A DNA stretch of 64,000 nucleotides from the human T2T-CHM13v2.0 reference genome, Homo sapiens. Made by a program: the position numbers and the translations under genes. Shown piece by piece: positions 25,927-40,337 of the stretch (within the stretch, counting starts at the first letter, position 1; the number at the start of each line of letters is the position of its first letter). Under the pieces are notes generated by a model. That model worked only from the letters and a program-made list of their open reading frames with translations. It did no database searches and was not told the origin of the DNA. The stretch lies in assembly GCF_009914755.1 (NCBI RefSeq), contig NC_060927.1. The stretch is one strand, 5' to 3'.

Positions 25927-28046
25927 GCCCAGGACTTGGGAATACAACGTGAATAATCTTGCAGATGTGGCTCAAAGAAACCATGCTGGACAACTGGATC
26001 AAAGGAGGGCAGATCACTGATTTCCCTTCCCTCTGGGCTGCACTGTCTTTTAGCAGTTCCCACCAATACCCTCAAGCCCTGGGATGAGATGCACAACTTC
26101 TATCACAATGCCTCTGGATCCCGTAACCTTGCCCCCTCTCTCTCACCATCACTGGTGTCACAGTTGAGTTCAGATGCAAAAACTGAAATGTTCAGAAGTA
26201 TGAGGTCATTTCAAATTTAGTCTCATGTTATTCTGTTAAGCTTGGATTTCATTAATCACAACATAGTTCCTTCCAGAAACTTCTGAATGCCCTTTCCCAG
26301 CTTGCAGAGCCTCTTTTGGGCCTTCTTGCTGATCATCTCTGCTTCCGTGCTTTACCCTTTACCTCCTGGCCCATAGTATTTTGTTGTCAGGTCACAGTTG
26401 TCTTTCTGGAAGTCTCCTGCCTCAGACTCTTACCAAAGTCCTCGTGGTCTGCCCTTCAGAACATTCTCAGCAGCTCCTATCCCAATTCAGGTCTCCCAGT
26501 TCTCCTCGTCCTACTCTTATCAATTTCTTCGTGTATGCATAGGATTTCCAGTACAAGAGTATCATCTCAAGCACTGAGGATCCTGAACAATGTCTCTCTT
26601 GCTTTCCTCAGTATCTTTAGCATTACTGAACACCTCTTAGTTCTGTTATCCCCAACATCACTGGCACACTCAGTCCATCCAGGCGATAGAAAATCAAGGT
26701 GACTGTATGATCCACGTGGCCATATGCTCTTCTCGGAAATTCCTAGGACATGTTATCACACTGTGACAATCACTGTCTAATGCTAGAAAAAAACTGATTT
26801 GTCTCTCGTTAAGTATTTGTAAATACTAAAGACTGTCTTTACCTTTATTTTAGAGTTTATAAGAGTAGCCTGTGTTCATTGAATGTGGAAAATATACAAA
26901 GATGCAAAGATAAAAATATAAATTACCCATTGCTATACCACCTAGATTAAAAACCACAGCCAGCATTTTGATATGTGCATTTTCACATTTATATTTTAAT
27001 CTCTTCCTTTCCCTGTTCTTTAGTAGTCAAACATTCTTGAGAGGAGAGTAATTTTTGTGATTATCCCAGTAATTTAGAAAAGAGAGATAGGCTAGAGAAA
27101 AATCTAGCCTTAAATTTCAGAAATTTTTTAATATTGTACACATTCTTTCTTGTTTATATTAAATTACTCTTCCACAATATGAAGGGTAGATATGAAGTTT
27201 TTCAGAACTACCTTCAAGGAGTCCAAAGATTATCTGTATAGTACCCTCATTTTTCTGATAGGATAGATTGTATTATAGATAACACTTGTGTATGGAGTCC
27301 AAGCTTAATCTTAGGCATTCAGAGAAGGATAGCCTAGTTGATCTGGTTGGGGAAATAAGACACAGGTAAAAGAAGATTCATATTTGCTCAAAGTAGCATA
27401 AAAGTGCAAGCTATGGTATACCAAGGTCTTAAGCTGGGGCCTGAAGGGAAGGGAAGGCAGGGAGTAGAGAAGAAAGCTACATAGGTGCATTTTACATTAC
27501 AAAAATGGTAGGGTACCAAATATTATTACCAGCTGAGGGTGTGGCAAGACCCTGGCTAGGAACCAAGTCTGACTCTCAGCTCTGGGATTTCCCCACAACA
27601 TTTCCAGCTGATAAATTGACAAGTCTCCAATGCATCCTTCCATAAATATTGTTACATTTTCCAGACCTTACATCTACTTTTTAAATTTCTATGGGAGGCT
27701 TTTTAGAAACTTACAGCCTAGAAATACTTATTTTAAACAAAAGTGATTTCATATTAAAATAAATAAATTTCAGTGACTGAATGCTTACTACCTGGTGATA
27801 CAAAGATAACAAAAGTTTATAATCTGCTCTTGTTGAGCTAGAGATATCATTAACATTTTAGCCTCCAGGTCAGAAATGCTGCTAGCCCTTACTGGCTTTA
27901 TCTGCTTGTGATTAACAAGTTTGTCATAATCTAATTAACACAGCTAATGTTGAGTTTCTAGGCAGCTGGAAACAATAAATGTCTTATTGCTTTGGACTGC
28001 CACACAACCAGGTAGCAGCTCTAGACCATTAAAAAAAAAAAAATGG

Positions 28047-28575
<529 letters not shown>

Positions 28576-28939
28576 ATTCTCCAAGAGTCTAATCTTTCTG
28601 CAGGAAACCAGGAAAGCAGTGAGATGTTACTTTAAGGAAAGATGACATGATCTCTAGGCCAAGCTTCTTGCCCGGCCTTAGGCATGTCAGTTTCAAATAC
28701 TCATTATATCATCAAGGAAAAAGGCCAATAAAAGCCCAGACCTTTCAAGCTATAGAATCTGCTTATAAATTGGAATGGACAGAGTTGCTGCGGTTTCTCC
28801 AAACTCTGAAACATTACATGTTCTTGGGTAACACTAAAATGCATTTTGTGTTCTGCGTCTTATTAAAGTTCTCGTGATATGTCTCTGTAAAAGTCTGCTC
28901 CCCTCCTGCAAACAGGGAATGTCCCCTTGGTTATCTGTT

Positions 28940-29130
28940 ACCAGTTAGTTCAGTTGGTTGAAATCCAATGCTTTGGGATCAGGCCCCATATGGGACAGTT
29001 GGTTTCATGCAGAGAAGCCCCCTGCTTGCCCGGGTGTTTCATAAATGCATGCATTTGGTCGCAGAAGGTATGGATGTGAGCGTGGCTGGCTCAGCATAAC
29101 CTACCCCTGCTACTGGAAAAATCACTCAAA
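28940..29130 (+). mobile_element. MamSINE1-like ancient tRNA-derived SINE
   Basis: tRNA-like head ccagttagttcagttggtt...ccccatatgggacagtt; body aatgcatgcatttggtcgcagaag...gtggctggctcagcataacc...ctactggaaaaatcactcaaa. Confidence 0.7.
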
Positions 29131-29291
29131 CCCTAGGTTTTTTTAACAGGGTCACTGCCCTCATCCTTGTTTAGAATTAACAACTGTGAATACAATGCCG
29201 GTCCAACTTCTATGTATTCCTCAAAGATCCTGATGACCTTTTACCCAACTAACTGACTGTCTAAATCTTTCGACATCGTGAGAGTCTGATG

Positions 29292-29550
29292 AAAATAGCT
29301 AGTTATTAGAGGCTGACTCTCTGTGAGGTACTATGCTAAGTGTTTGTGTCCATTCTCCCACTCATGCCTCAAAGTAATCCCAGGCAATATGCACAATTTT
29401 TTATTTTCTTTTTGCAGTTGAGGAAACTGGCTGGGGAAGTTACCTAGCTTTCCTAGGGCTCCACATTTACTGACTGGCAGAACCAAGACTGAGACTCCTA
29501 TCTGTCTGACTCTAGAGCCTATGCTATTACTCTCTATACCCTACTGCCTC
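29292..29550 (-). mobile_element. MIRb, near full length
   Basis: ttttgcagttgaggaaactgg...tggcagaaccaagact...tctgtctgactctagagcctatgct. Confidence 0.8.
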
Positions 29551-30779
29551 TCTCAGGCAGAAAATTAAGAGGCATCTGAATACTGTTCTATGTTCAAGGC
29601 ACGGAACAGAGTTGGAGATTTTAGAAACTGTGATAAGCTCCTACTTACAGAATGAAACTTTGTACAATCAGATGCTTATAAACGGGTATGATTTTCCATT
29701 GTCATTCTTTGGAATGTAAAATGAGATCACCTCTGAAGGCAGGCAGAGAAAAGTTGACACATAGTTAAGTGAGGCACAAGTCTGTTCTTGGGTGCTTCTA
29801 CAAGCTTCCCATTGATGACCTCCTCTCTGTCCCGGCAGCTTGAGATACTCACATCCCCAATCTAAAGCTTTGCTCAGCTTTTGCTCCTCCAACTTTCATT
29901 TCAAACACAAATCCCCTTGGTGGACAAAGAGAAAAGTTTCTCTCCGCTTTTTTTCTCCTCTAAATTCCCAAGCACCTCACCACAAACTGACTTCATTTTA
30001 CACCCTCAAACCCAGAAGCATCAACAGACAACAGGGCCCATTTTTCCTGACTGTCCCACTCAGAGGCTTTTCAGTAGAAGGAGGACGCTGTATAACCTCC
30101 TTTGTTAGAACACTGAGTTAAGCCATGACTTCTCTTCTGGAGCCACAGTTTCATATGTGAAGTTTAAAATAAAGTTTAGTAGTTGAGTGATGTGTTTAGT
30201 ATTCTAGAACCTTTTTCTTTCTGATCTTCTAACTTAACTTGCATTTGAGAGCAAAGGGGCAGTTTGGACAGCATGGAGAAGGCATTTGGTGCAAGTTCAG
30301 GAAAAGGTCCTTGGTAACATCCATCTCTTCCAGTGTTTTTCTTTTTAGATTTTGTAGATAGACTTGAAATAAAGGCTACCTTTAGGGTAATTTCTCTTTT
30401 ACCTAGTCAGCACTACAAAGTAAAGCTTAAAGTTTCATGGTTTTCCTTAAAAGAAAGAACAGATTGACTAACTTCACTGTTGATACAGAAACATATACTT
30501 GGAGTTGAAGAGCTTTGTTAGATACTCTAGGTTGTTTCTGTCCAGTTTCTGGGAAGCTATCCTTTAAAAAATACAATGCCTCTTAATTTTCTTTTTCCTT
30601 AAAGGGCTTTATAAATCTCTGGCATTTGAGGCTATAATGGGACGAGCCTTCCATGTGACATCTTTTTTGAGACAATGAAAAATGCTTCACACCTGTGTCC
30701 TTGTCCGTGGCTTGCTTTTAGCCTCATCTCCGTGATCATCACTGCTTTCCCCTGCTTCTTCACTCTAGCCTTGCTTCCT

Positions 30780-31640
30780 TTCATTCAGGAAGCATTTTTT
30801 TTTAGCACCTGTTATTAAATAATGGTGTGCTAGGCCCTGAGGAGGTGAGGAGATGAAGACAAAGTTTCTATCCTCCAAGGGTAGAGGGTGTAGTTCAGAG
30901 GTTGAAGATTCAAACAGCGTTAGGAGCCAGGAAGGTTTGTGAGCCAGAAGGCGGGGGCCAAGTGCAGGACAGAGTAGTGACTGGGACTGTACTGTAATGA
31001 AAAGGACCCATCATGCCTGAAGAAGTCAGTCATTACACAACTCCAGCTGACTGGAACCATCCATATGTGCCGGCCTAGAATTGTCAGAGCTTCCAGTTTG
31101 TCAAGAGAAATCAGAAATCCAGATTTCTGTGTGTATGTATCATCTCCTGATTTTTAAAAAACTCTGGCAACTAATTCATATTCTTCAAAAACATCATGTA
31201 GGCCAAACAAAACATGCATGTGGACTGGATTCAACCTATGAGCCTCCAGTCTGGGGAGTTCTGGCCTCGTTAGTGAGGTAAATCACATATGTATGAAATG
31301 ATTAATTTAAAATGTGACCCATATGACTAGGGGTGGCACAGGCAGTTTTCCTGCTGGAGGAGGACGGTTGGGGAAATGGGGGCGGGGGGAAGATGGGCTC
31401 CAGGTACATGTGCCCTCAGCTGTGCCGGGTATGGTAAAGGGATTTGAGGAAACTGGAGGTGTGTGTCACATGGTGGGTGGGCTACGGTGCCAGACTGAAG
31501 AGGTTGAGATTTACTTTCTATGTCATGAGGAGCCCCTAAAGATTTTTTTGATCTACTATTTTAGAAAATAAAATCTACTGGGAGGTAAAGGAGTGAAGTA
31601 CCATGCAAGGAGAAACCATGAGGAGACTCTTGCCTTAGTA
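30780..31640 (-). mobile_element. L2 fragments interrupted by MER102
   Basis: tcattcaggaagcattttt...tgtgctaggccctgagg...agacaaagtttctatcctccaagg; resumes gtgccagactgaagaggttgagatttactttctatgtcatgaggagcccc. Confidence 0.55.
30896..31263. mobile_element. MER102-like element, opposite orientation to the 25527 copy
   Basis: tcaagagaaatcagaaatccagattt...ctcctgatttttaaaa...tggcaactaattca...ggccaaacaaaacatgcatgtgg. Confidence 0.75.
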
Positions 31641-31901
31641 CTTTAACTGTTTCCCACTCCACCTCCTCTTCCATCCCTTTATACCACATCCAAAAACCAT
31701 CTTCCTGATGCCCTTCTAAGAGAAGGCAGCTCCTTGGCCTAGCAAGGTGGCTTTAAAGTATGCCAATGCCCTAAACGAAAACAAGAAAATGAAATCAGAG
31801 CACATTAGAATAGCATCTTCACCCAAGAAAAAAAAAATACATAAAAATGCTTAGCTACCACCTCTCACTGAGTAAAAACCACCACTTAAGAAACAAATAG
31901 G

Positions 31902-32207
31902 GGCTCGGCGCAGTGGCTCACACCTGTAATCCCAGCACTTTGGGAGGCTGAAGCAGACAGATACCTTGAGCTCACAAATTTGAGACCAGCCTGGGCAATA
32001 TAGTGAAACCCCATCTCCACAAAAAATAGAAAAACACAAGATTTAGCCAGGCACAGGGTGTGTGCCTGTAGTCCCAGCTACTCTGGAAGCTGAGGTGGGA
32101 GGATAACGAGCGTGGGAGGCGGAGGTTGCACTAAGCCAAGATCACACACCACTGCACTCCATCCTGGGCAATAGAGCCAGATCTTGTCTCGAAAAAATAA
32201 AAATAAA
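31902..32207 (+). mobile_element. AluJb-like
   Basis: cttgagctcacaaatttgagaccagcctgggcaata is J-type; TSD aaacaaatagg on both sides. Confidence 0.9.
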
Positions 32208-32924
32208 AAACAAATAGGGCATCTCTTTGAGCCATACAGATCTATCAATGGCCTGCATGGCTTTGAAATGGAAGTGCAAGTTGCAGAACCACATCCTCAT
32301 TAACCGCACGAGGTGATGAGTTGCAGCATAGCAATAGCCACACACAAGAAACCACACCCTTTGCCCCAAGATTTATTAGCAGGGCTTTCTCTCTTAAGTG
32401 GCCAATAGATGTGCACATAGAAGTTGACCTTTACTTCTAATCAAGGCAGAAAGGCACTGTTAAAATTTTAAAAAAAAAAAAATTTTAAAAGGAAGGAAGG
32501 GTACAATTTTTAGATTTTAAAAACTATACTTCTTCTAAATAAACCTAAAATACCAAAAACAAGTGATCCCTCTGTACACACTGAGTATGTTTGTGTAATG
32601 AGAGGCTCCTTATCTCTGGACAGCCAGATGGGGTGAGTCCAAGTTGGGGCCAAGCACATGACATTCGAAAATCTTCACAGGTGGTTGAGGACCCTGCACA
32701 GTTTTGCTTAGAGATTAAAACTTAAATGTTTGGCTGATGTAGGCAATTCTTGGTTATTCCAGGGTGTTAATTTTCCCAGGCCCTTGTTTTACTTTCTTTC
32801 TCCTCCTACCCACATTTTCACTATTTTATTTCTTATTAATACCTCCTGCAGAGAATGAAAAGAAGAAGAGAAAGAAGATGGAACTTTTTTAAAAAATTGC
32901 TTTACCTCATAATAAGAGCAGTAC

Positions 32925-33182
32925 TAATAATTACAACACCATTAACAACCACTAGCATTTCTTGGACTTTTATTGCATTCTAGGTGCTAAGTGCTTTACA
33001 CATATGAATTCATTTAATTCATTTAACCCTCACTACCTCCGAGGTGCATGTCGTTATCCTCCCATTCTGAGGTGAGAAAACTGAAGCACAGAGAAGGTAA
33101 TGCAATACCCAAGGACTCACAGCTAGGAAATATCAGAGGCAAGATTTGAAGCCAAGAAGACTGATTCCAGAGACTTCACTTT
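32925..33182 (-). mobile_element. MIR, near full length
   Basis: gtgctaagtgctttacacat...gagaaaactgaagcacagagaaggtaa...cccaaggactcacagctagg...gatttgaagccaag. Confidence 0.85.
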
Positions 33183-33739
<557 letters not shown>

Positions 33740-35518
33740 TATCCTGTCTTCTTTTAACAGAAGATTTTGAGCCCTTTAAGCCTTAACTTCATTACTTCTC
33801 CATTAGTCCTCTGTGTTATGCATGCCTTGCAGCCAGTCCCTCATACGGGGGTCAGTCACACCAACCTCTCCAGGCTCTGAAGTGCTTCTGTTTTTTCCAA
33901 GAGATTTGTGTGTTGGCATATGCATGGGCAATTAGAGCTACATCACCTCTGCTGCCTGTCTTTTAACATTGATTCTAAGCTGCATACTAATTTCAAAAAT
34001 CTCAAAACCCTAAAAGAAATTTAAAAGCCCCTATATCTTAGGCTTAAAGAAATAAACTCTTTGTCCTGGCTGAGATGTCGTTGTGAAAAAGCTTTGTCCT
34101 GGTTCCTCAGCATTCGCCCTACACCTGTCTGGCCCAAGCCTCCTCCCCTCCAGCCTGGATTACTGTGATGACTAGTCCCCCAACTCTCAGTTACTTGTAC
34201 AAAGTGGACATCATGAGACCTGGTTCTAGTCTTATAACCTTGAGCAGCTTGCTTAATCTCTCTGAGCCAGCAGACGTTTTGTTCAGCACGAAAGGAGGAT
34301 AGAAATAGATGTTTCCTTTTGACACATAAAGGCAAAATTTCTAGGAGTTCTCAGGCATCCTCAAGATGGCATTTGGAGTTCATTGAGGCCAAAGTCAGAA
34401 GAACTTTGAACTATATTATATGCCTCTTTGTCATTATTTTATCAGTTGGCACCCTGTTTTGTTTTGTTTTTACTGCTGAGGTATCAGTACCCTCACCCAC
34501 TACTTGTTGTCCATTTAAAATCTGCTTACCCTAGAACTTCACCTCTGGCTCACTTGTTCCCAAATAAGCCCTGGTACTGCTTCTCATTTTTCCTTTCTCC
34601 TCAGTTTAGAAATAAAATTTTAACAGAAAATTTAAAAATTGGTTCCACACTCAGTATTATAATGATCTCAACCAACCATTAAAGGGTCTGAATGACTTAT
34701 TACTATATATCTGAATTATTGTATTCTTCTTGGTGTAATTATTATTATAGTATTATTATCTGAATAGCTTTTTACTGTAACTCAGAATGATGGCCTTAAT
34801 TTTCTCCAGGTGAATTTACTTTAAAAAAAAGAAAAACTTTATAAATCAAATTTAAAGGCTCCTAAGCTTCCATCCCACCCTGCATAATTAGCAACTAATG
34901 TGCAGATCTGAATACTTTCTCATCCAGACTTTGGTAGTCTTTTAAAAGTTATTTTAAGGATTATTTTAATCTGGGGACTTGACTTTTCATTAAATACCAC
35001 TTTTTAACTGGTTAGTGAGTTGTGTGTGTTGGGTTTTTTTCTAGTTTGCAAGGTTGCAAGAAAAAAAGTCAACCTGAATAAAATTTCATATCAAAACTCT
35101 GGACTTCAGGGTACAGAGGAAAACTAATTTTTAAAGCATCTAATTTCTTCTCTCTGTAAAGAGGATTCCATTAAAGAAATAAAGTGATTTGTTCTGTTAC
35201 TTGAAGTATAGAGAAAAACCTAATCAAATGTTAAAATCTCTCCACATGTTTACCCCAAGACTGTCAGGAGTACATACCGTCAGCCAAACCCATTGGTGCC
35301 AGTACTGAATGTTCACACTTAAGGTTGGAAAAGTTGCTTCTAGTTCTCCTCTCAAACCTCGGACCTCTAGAAGCAGGTGGAAGAGTTCTTGTTTTGTTTG
35401 TTCTTTGTTTTGTTGCTTCTGGTTTCAGAGAACCCAGAAGAATGGAGATTTTGAAAGTGAATTTGAGGTCTGCTGTAAACCTTCAAGGGCTCTTTCCTGT
35501 TAGGATTGTGGGGTTGTC

Positions 35519-35527
35519 TTCCGGGAA
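35519..35527. promoter_or_regulatory. Consensus STAT GAS element TTCCGGGAA
   Basis: Exact high-affinity STAT1/3-type motif with retained CpG in a repeat-poor block; forkhead GTAAACA at 35575-35581. Confidence 0.3.
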
Positions 35528-36202
35528 TGTATTTAGGACGTGTGGTGGATTGGGAAAGAGGAGGATGTATCAAAGTAAACATTTCATGAGCTTCTGCTTT
35601 GCAGTTTAACTTACTAATAGACAAAACTTCTGACGATTTCCTGTGTATCCTAAAGGACCAATTTGCCACCAGCTCCCCAGTCCCACGGCCTCTCTTTTTC
35701 CAGCTAATCCTGACCCCCCCAACACCCTTTTTTTTTTTTCAACATTAAAGCCACTCATTCAATGTGCAACAGTGTTCGTGTTTGCCAGCCCCTTACTGCA
35801 TTAAGTGTGCTGTGACTTCTTGGTTTAATTTGTGATGTAGCTGGTTTTCATTCTTTATGTTTTGACAAATGCCACCCACTATTATATGTAGAGAACTTTA
35901 AGATCCTTTGGCTCTCCAGAGGATAGAAGGCCCTGGAGCAGAGGAAGGGAGACTGGCAAAAGGGCTTGGAAAATGCTTACAGACCTAATGGAACTTTTTA
36001 TTTCCACTTGCTGATTTTCTTTAGCTTCAGATTCATTAAGGGCATGTTGGCAAATCATACTCATCTGTAAGAACATTCTAATAAGTTCCGTGTTGCTGTC
36101 TACTACATGAGAGTCAATTTGACAAACAGCTAATTTTTTAAGGAATTCAGCAGTTGGATTTCCACACAGTAAAAAGATTGGTAGAGGGCAGAGATTTGGC
36201 CA

Positions 36203-36234
36203 GGGGCCTGGGGGTGGGGTGGTGGGGCAGGGGG
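36203..36234 (+). other. Putative G-quadruplex (five tracts of 4 or more G)
   Basis: GGGG-cct-GGGGG-t-GGGG-tggt-GGGG-ca-GGGGG. Confidence 0.7.
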
Positions 36235-36489
36235 ACTAACAAACATGTATTGCTGTTGCTGCCTATGCAATGTATATCTACTAACATATGTTAAACACAC
36301 ACATACACATGTGTGTGTAACAAAACACTATGCTAGGCATTATGTGTGAGATGAGGAACAAGATACAGTTCTTGCTTTAGGGTCAGTCTCATAAGATTGT
36401 AAACTATGAGCCCAAATGCCTGAATTATAAGACAGTATGGAATGTATATATAATTAATATATACACTGGGCAGTCTACTTAGTGTGATG

Positions 36490-36638
36490 TAACAATGCGG
36501 GTTCCCAGGCCCCACCCCAGACTTACTGAATCTGAATCTCTGGGAGTACCATCCAGCAATCTGTGTTTTAATTAGCTCCTATGTTTTAACGAGAATATCC
36601 AGATAATGCTTTTTCCTGCTATAGTTTGAGAACCATTG
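36490..36638. mobile_element. MER5A fragment
   Basis: caggccccaccccagacttactgaatctgaatctctggg...ccagcaatctgtgtttta...agtttgagaaccattg. Confidence 0.8.
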
Positions 36639-36649
36639 CTCTAAATTGC

Positions 36650-36835
36650 AATTCTCAGGCCAATCTAACCTTCATGATAGGCATTATTATCCACTCACAG
36701 GTAAGGAAGTGGAGAGTCAGAGGAATAAAGTAACTTTGCCTAAAATCATCCTGCTAACATTATGGCAGTCTAGATTCAATCCCAGTTCTGTTGAACCACA
36801 TATTGTCTGTATCCTCCATCTACCCGTGGCTGCCT
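36650..36835 (-). mobile_element. MIR
   Basis: taggcattattatccactcacaggtaaggaagtggagagtcagagg...aagtaactttgcctaaaatca. Confidence 0.7.
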
Positions 36836-37197
36836 CATCCTAGAAACTATTGTCAACCACATATAAGCCATTTTTTCTAAGATTTCATTCTTGGTCTTCC
36901 ACTTTTCATCTTACTCTTTCTTCCTAATGAAAAAAGTATTCACTTTAACCATTTTACCACTGCCATAGTGCCCCATAGTTGTCACCATTATAAAGCTGAG
37001 GTGCAAATGACACTTGTTTTCCTTGCTATGTCATCACCACCTGTATTCTTGTATCTAATTAGTCCAACAGCCTCTCAGTTCATATTCAGATTCAAGGTGG
37101 AGAATAAAACGTTATATTTCAATACTAATTCAATTCCATCAATAAATGTTTATTGGCCAGGTATCATTTACCTAATACTGTGTTCTATGCTGTAAGG

Positions 37198-37380
37198 TAG
37201 TGGTGCTCAAAATATGGCTCCTGGATCAACAGCATCACCTGGGGACTTTTCAGATATGTAAAGTATTAGGCCCCACACTGGACCTTCTGAATCAGAAACT
37301 CTGGGAATGCGACCCAGCAATATGTACTTTTAAAACCCTTCCAGATTATTCTAATGCACATTAAAGTTTGAGAGCCACTG
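37198..37380. mobile_element. MER5A, full length, inserted in an L2 fragment
   Basis: tagtggtgctcaaa...ctgaatcagaaactctggg...aagtttgagagccactg; 8-bp TSD ctgtaagg/ctataagg. Confidence 0.9.
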
Positions 37381-37783
37381 CTATAAGGGATAAGAGAACT
37401 TAGAGAGATGGTCTTTACTCTTTAAGAGATTACCATCTATTTTCCCTTGCCCACCTGTCAGTGTCTGAATTCAAACTGGAATTTCTGATAGCTAAGAGCT
37501 GACAGCAGTATAATGATTTTGTTTTACCATGTCTGCTAGATTCAGAAATGCCTCCTGCAGCTCTCTGTGGGATTCTTTTCTTTTTATTATTTTAATGAGA
37601 GTCAATCACTCATTTATAAAACCTCTTACAGAAATTAAAGTATGTTTCAGATGACAGTTACACTTTTTTATTTCTCCAGGGGTCTGATTTGCAAAGAATT
37701 CTTATGGAACTGGATTGTTTTGTTTATGTAGGCAGTCATTTGCCATGTGGTGATCTTGAAAACAGACTAAATAAATGGTTTGA

Positions 37784-38136
<353 letters not shown>

Positions 38137-38490
38137 GCTTTGCTTCTTAAACCACCCAGGGACCAGACCAACTCCTGAAATCCTGGGTCACAGTTTAAAG
38201 ATTTTTACTTGACCATACCATATTTATAGCCAGTCATTACTTGTTTTCTCACAGGATATTCTGTTTCAAAAGAATATTTGTCTTCTTTAGAAGACACATA
38301 AAAATGTGTGTCCCATACACATATTGAGTGAGATTCCTCAGTCAAGTGTGCTTTGTATTCAGAAGGGCAAGCGTGGACTGTGATTAGGTTAACTGTCACA
38401 GGGCCACTGAGATGCATGTTCCCAGGGCACCAGTCACCTAGAATACAGGAGTTTTGCAACTCTGAAGCCCTGGCTATGTTTTTGATCTCG

Positions 38491-38522
38491 TTTGTTTGTT
38501 TGTTTGTTTGTTTGTTTGTTTT
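38491..38522. repeat. (TTTG)n microsatellite
   Basis: tttgtttgtttgtttgtttgtttgtttgtttt. Confidence 0.9.
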
Positions 38523-39670
38523 AAATAGGGAAATTTTAGCATCACAGTTGAACAAAAGTAAGGTATCCCTACTCAAACTGAATTACCATGACCTTTTCTC
38601 TCTTCTTGGCTTTCTTGGCATTTATACAAGTTATTCTGGCCTACCTATGGTGCAGGTGAAAGTCTAGAGACTCATACCTTGGAAAGCAGGTAACTAAGCA
38701 CCCTGGTGAAGGTTGTATATATAAGAAAGGTGGAGGCTTTTGGAATGTCTGTTGAATCCCTGGCTCCAATTATTCCCATTCCTCCATTAGTATACATGAT
38801 TGAGGATAGTGAGTGTTTTTCAGGTGAAATCTGACAAAATTCACTTCATCTAAAATGCTGTCAAATCATCTGAATTTTGCAGATTTGATTCAGATACAGG
38901 TTTATTTAATGTAAATATAAGCCCTTAGGGGGAAAGAAGAACAACTAGAATTCACAAGATTATCTAGATGATTCAATTTTCAGTAGTATACTGGTTTGAT
39001 AATAAACTGATTAATGATTAACTAGTTTAAAAACTGTGTACTGCACACTGAGTAGGTGCTAAATATATACCACACTACTTTGAAATAGTCTCTGTGGTCT
39101 CTATCCAAGCCTTGAGTGAAGTGGGCTGACATTTCAAAGAGGCTTTAATGGCCACCCAGGAGGACTCTGGGTATAGTACAATAGGGAAGCACAGTAGAGA
39201 AGCACAATATTAGTAAACAGATGCAATCAAAGCTTTCCCTACCCTACCACCCAGGCAAGTCATTCATGTCCTTGTGTTAGTCTGTGTCCCAAAGACCCAA
39301 GGCACCTCCAAGAACCCTCTTTTAAGTGCCTCCACAGCATAAGCTTTAAAGTCAAGCCAACCTGGATCCACCACTAATGATGGGAATTTAGGAATAACTA
39401 CTTCCTAAAATTGTGAAAGATTACATGGAGCATATGTAAAACTCCAAGGCAATCAGAGAAATGCACATTTAATCAAAGAAATACCATTGTTTGCATGTCA
39501 AATTGGCAAATTTTTTAATGGTGATTCCTGGTATTGACAAAGATACAGTGAATTAGGACGTGCACTTGCACACTGCTAGTAGATGTGTAAATGGCCTTTA
39601 AAGCAATTTTGCCATGTTATTATAAACCTGGATGGATGCATAGTGAGACAAACATGAATGATGAAAGAGC

Positions 39671-39673
<3 letters not shown>

Positions 39674-39702
<29 letters not shown>
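39674..39702. repeat. (TG)14 microsatellite
   Basis: Perfect TG run within old L1M-like remnants. Confidence 0.95.
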
Positions 39703-39917
39703 CAGAGAGATATAGTATCTTTTGACTCAGTAAACACATTTAACTACAAAACATCATCTGAACTAACACACAAGTCTATCTAGATTCTTTAACAATTTAA
39801 TGTAAATATTCATACATCTTGCTATAGGAATATTAATGTTGGATTAGTGGGTGCTGCCAAAGAACCCACTGCAAGTTTCATATAATACATAGTATATGTA
39901 TCAGTTTACTTTTCTAA

Positions 39918-40337
<420 letters not shown>

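Noticed and set aside
26316-26702. 128-aa ORF
   Set aside because: TTG start; appears to overlap decayed L2-like sequence; low-complexity Leu/Ser content
28590-28624. Possible 15-nt microexon (ctgcAG-gaaaccaggaaagca-GTGAGA)
   Set aside because: Short pyrimidine tract and mediocre donor; unsupported without RNA or conservation data
28940-29000. tRNA-like A-box sequence
   Set aside because: Decayed head of a MamSINE1-like SINE; cannot form a cloverleaf
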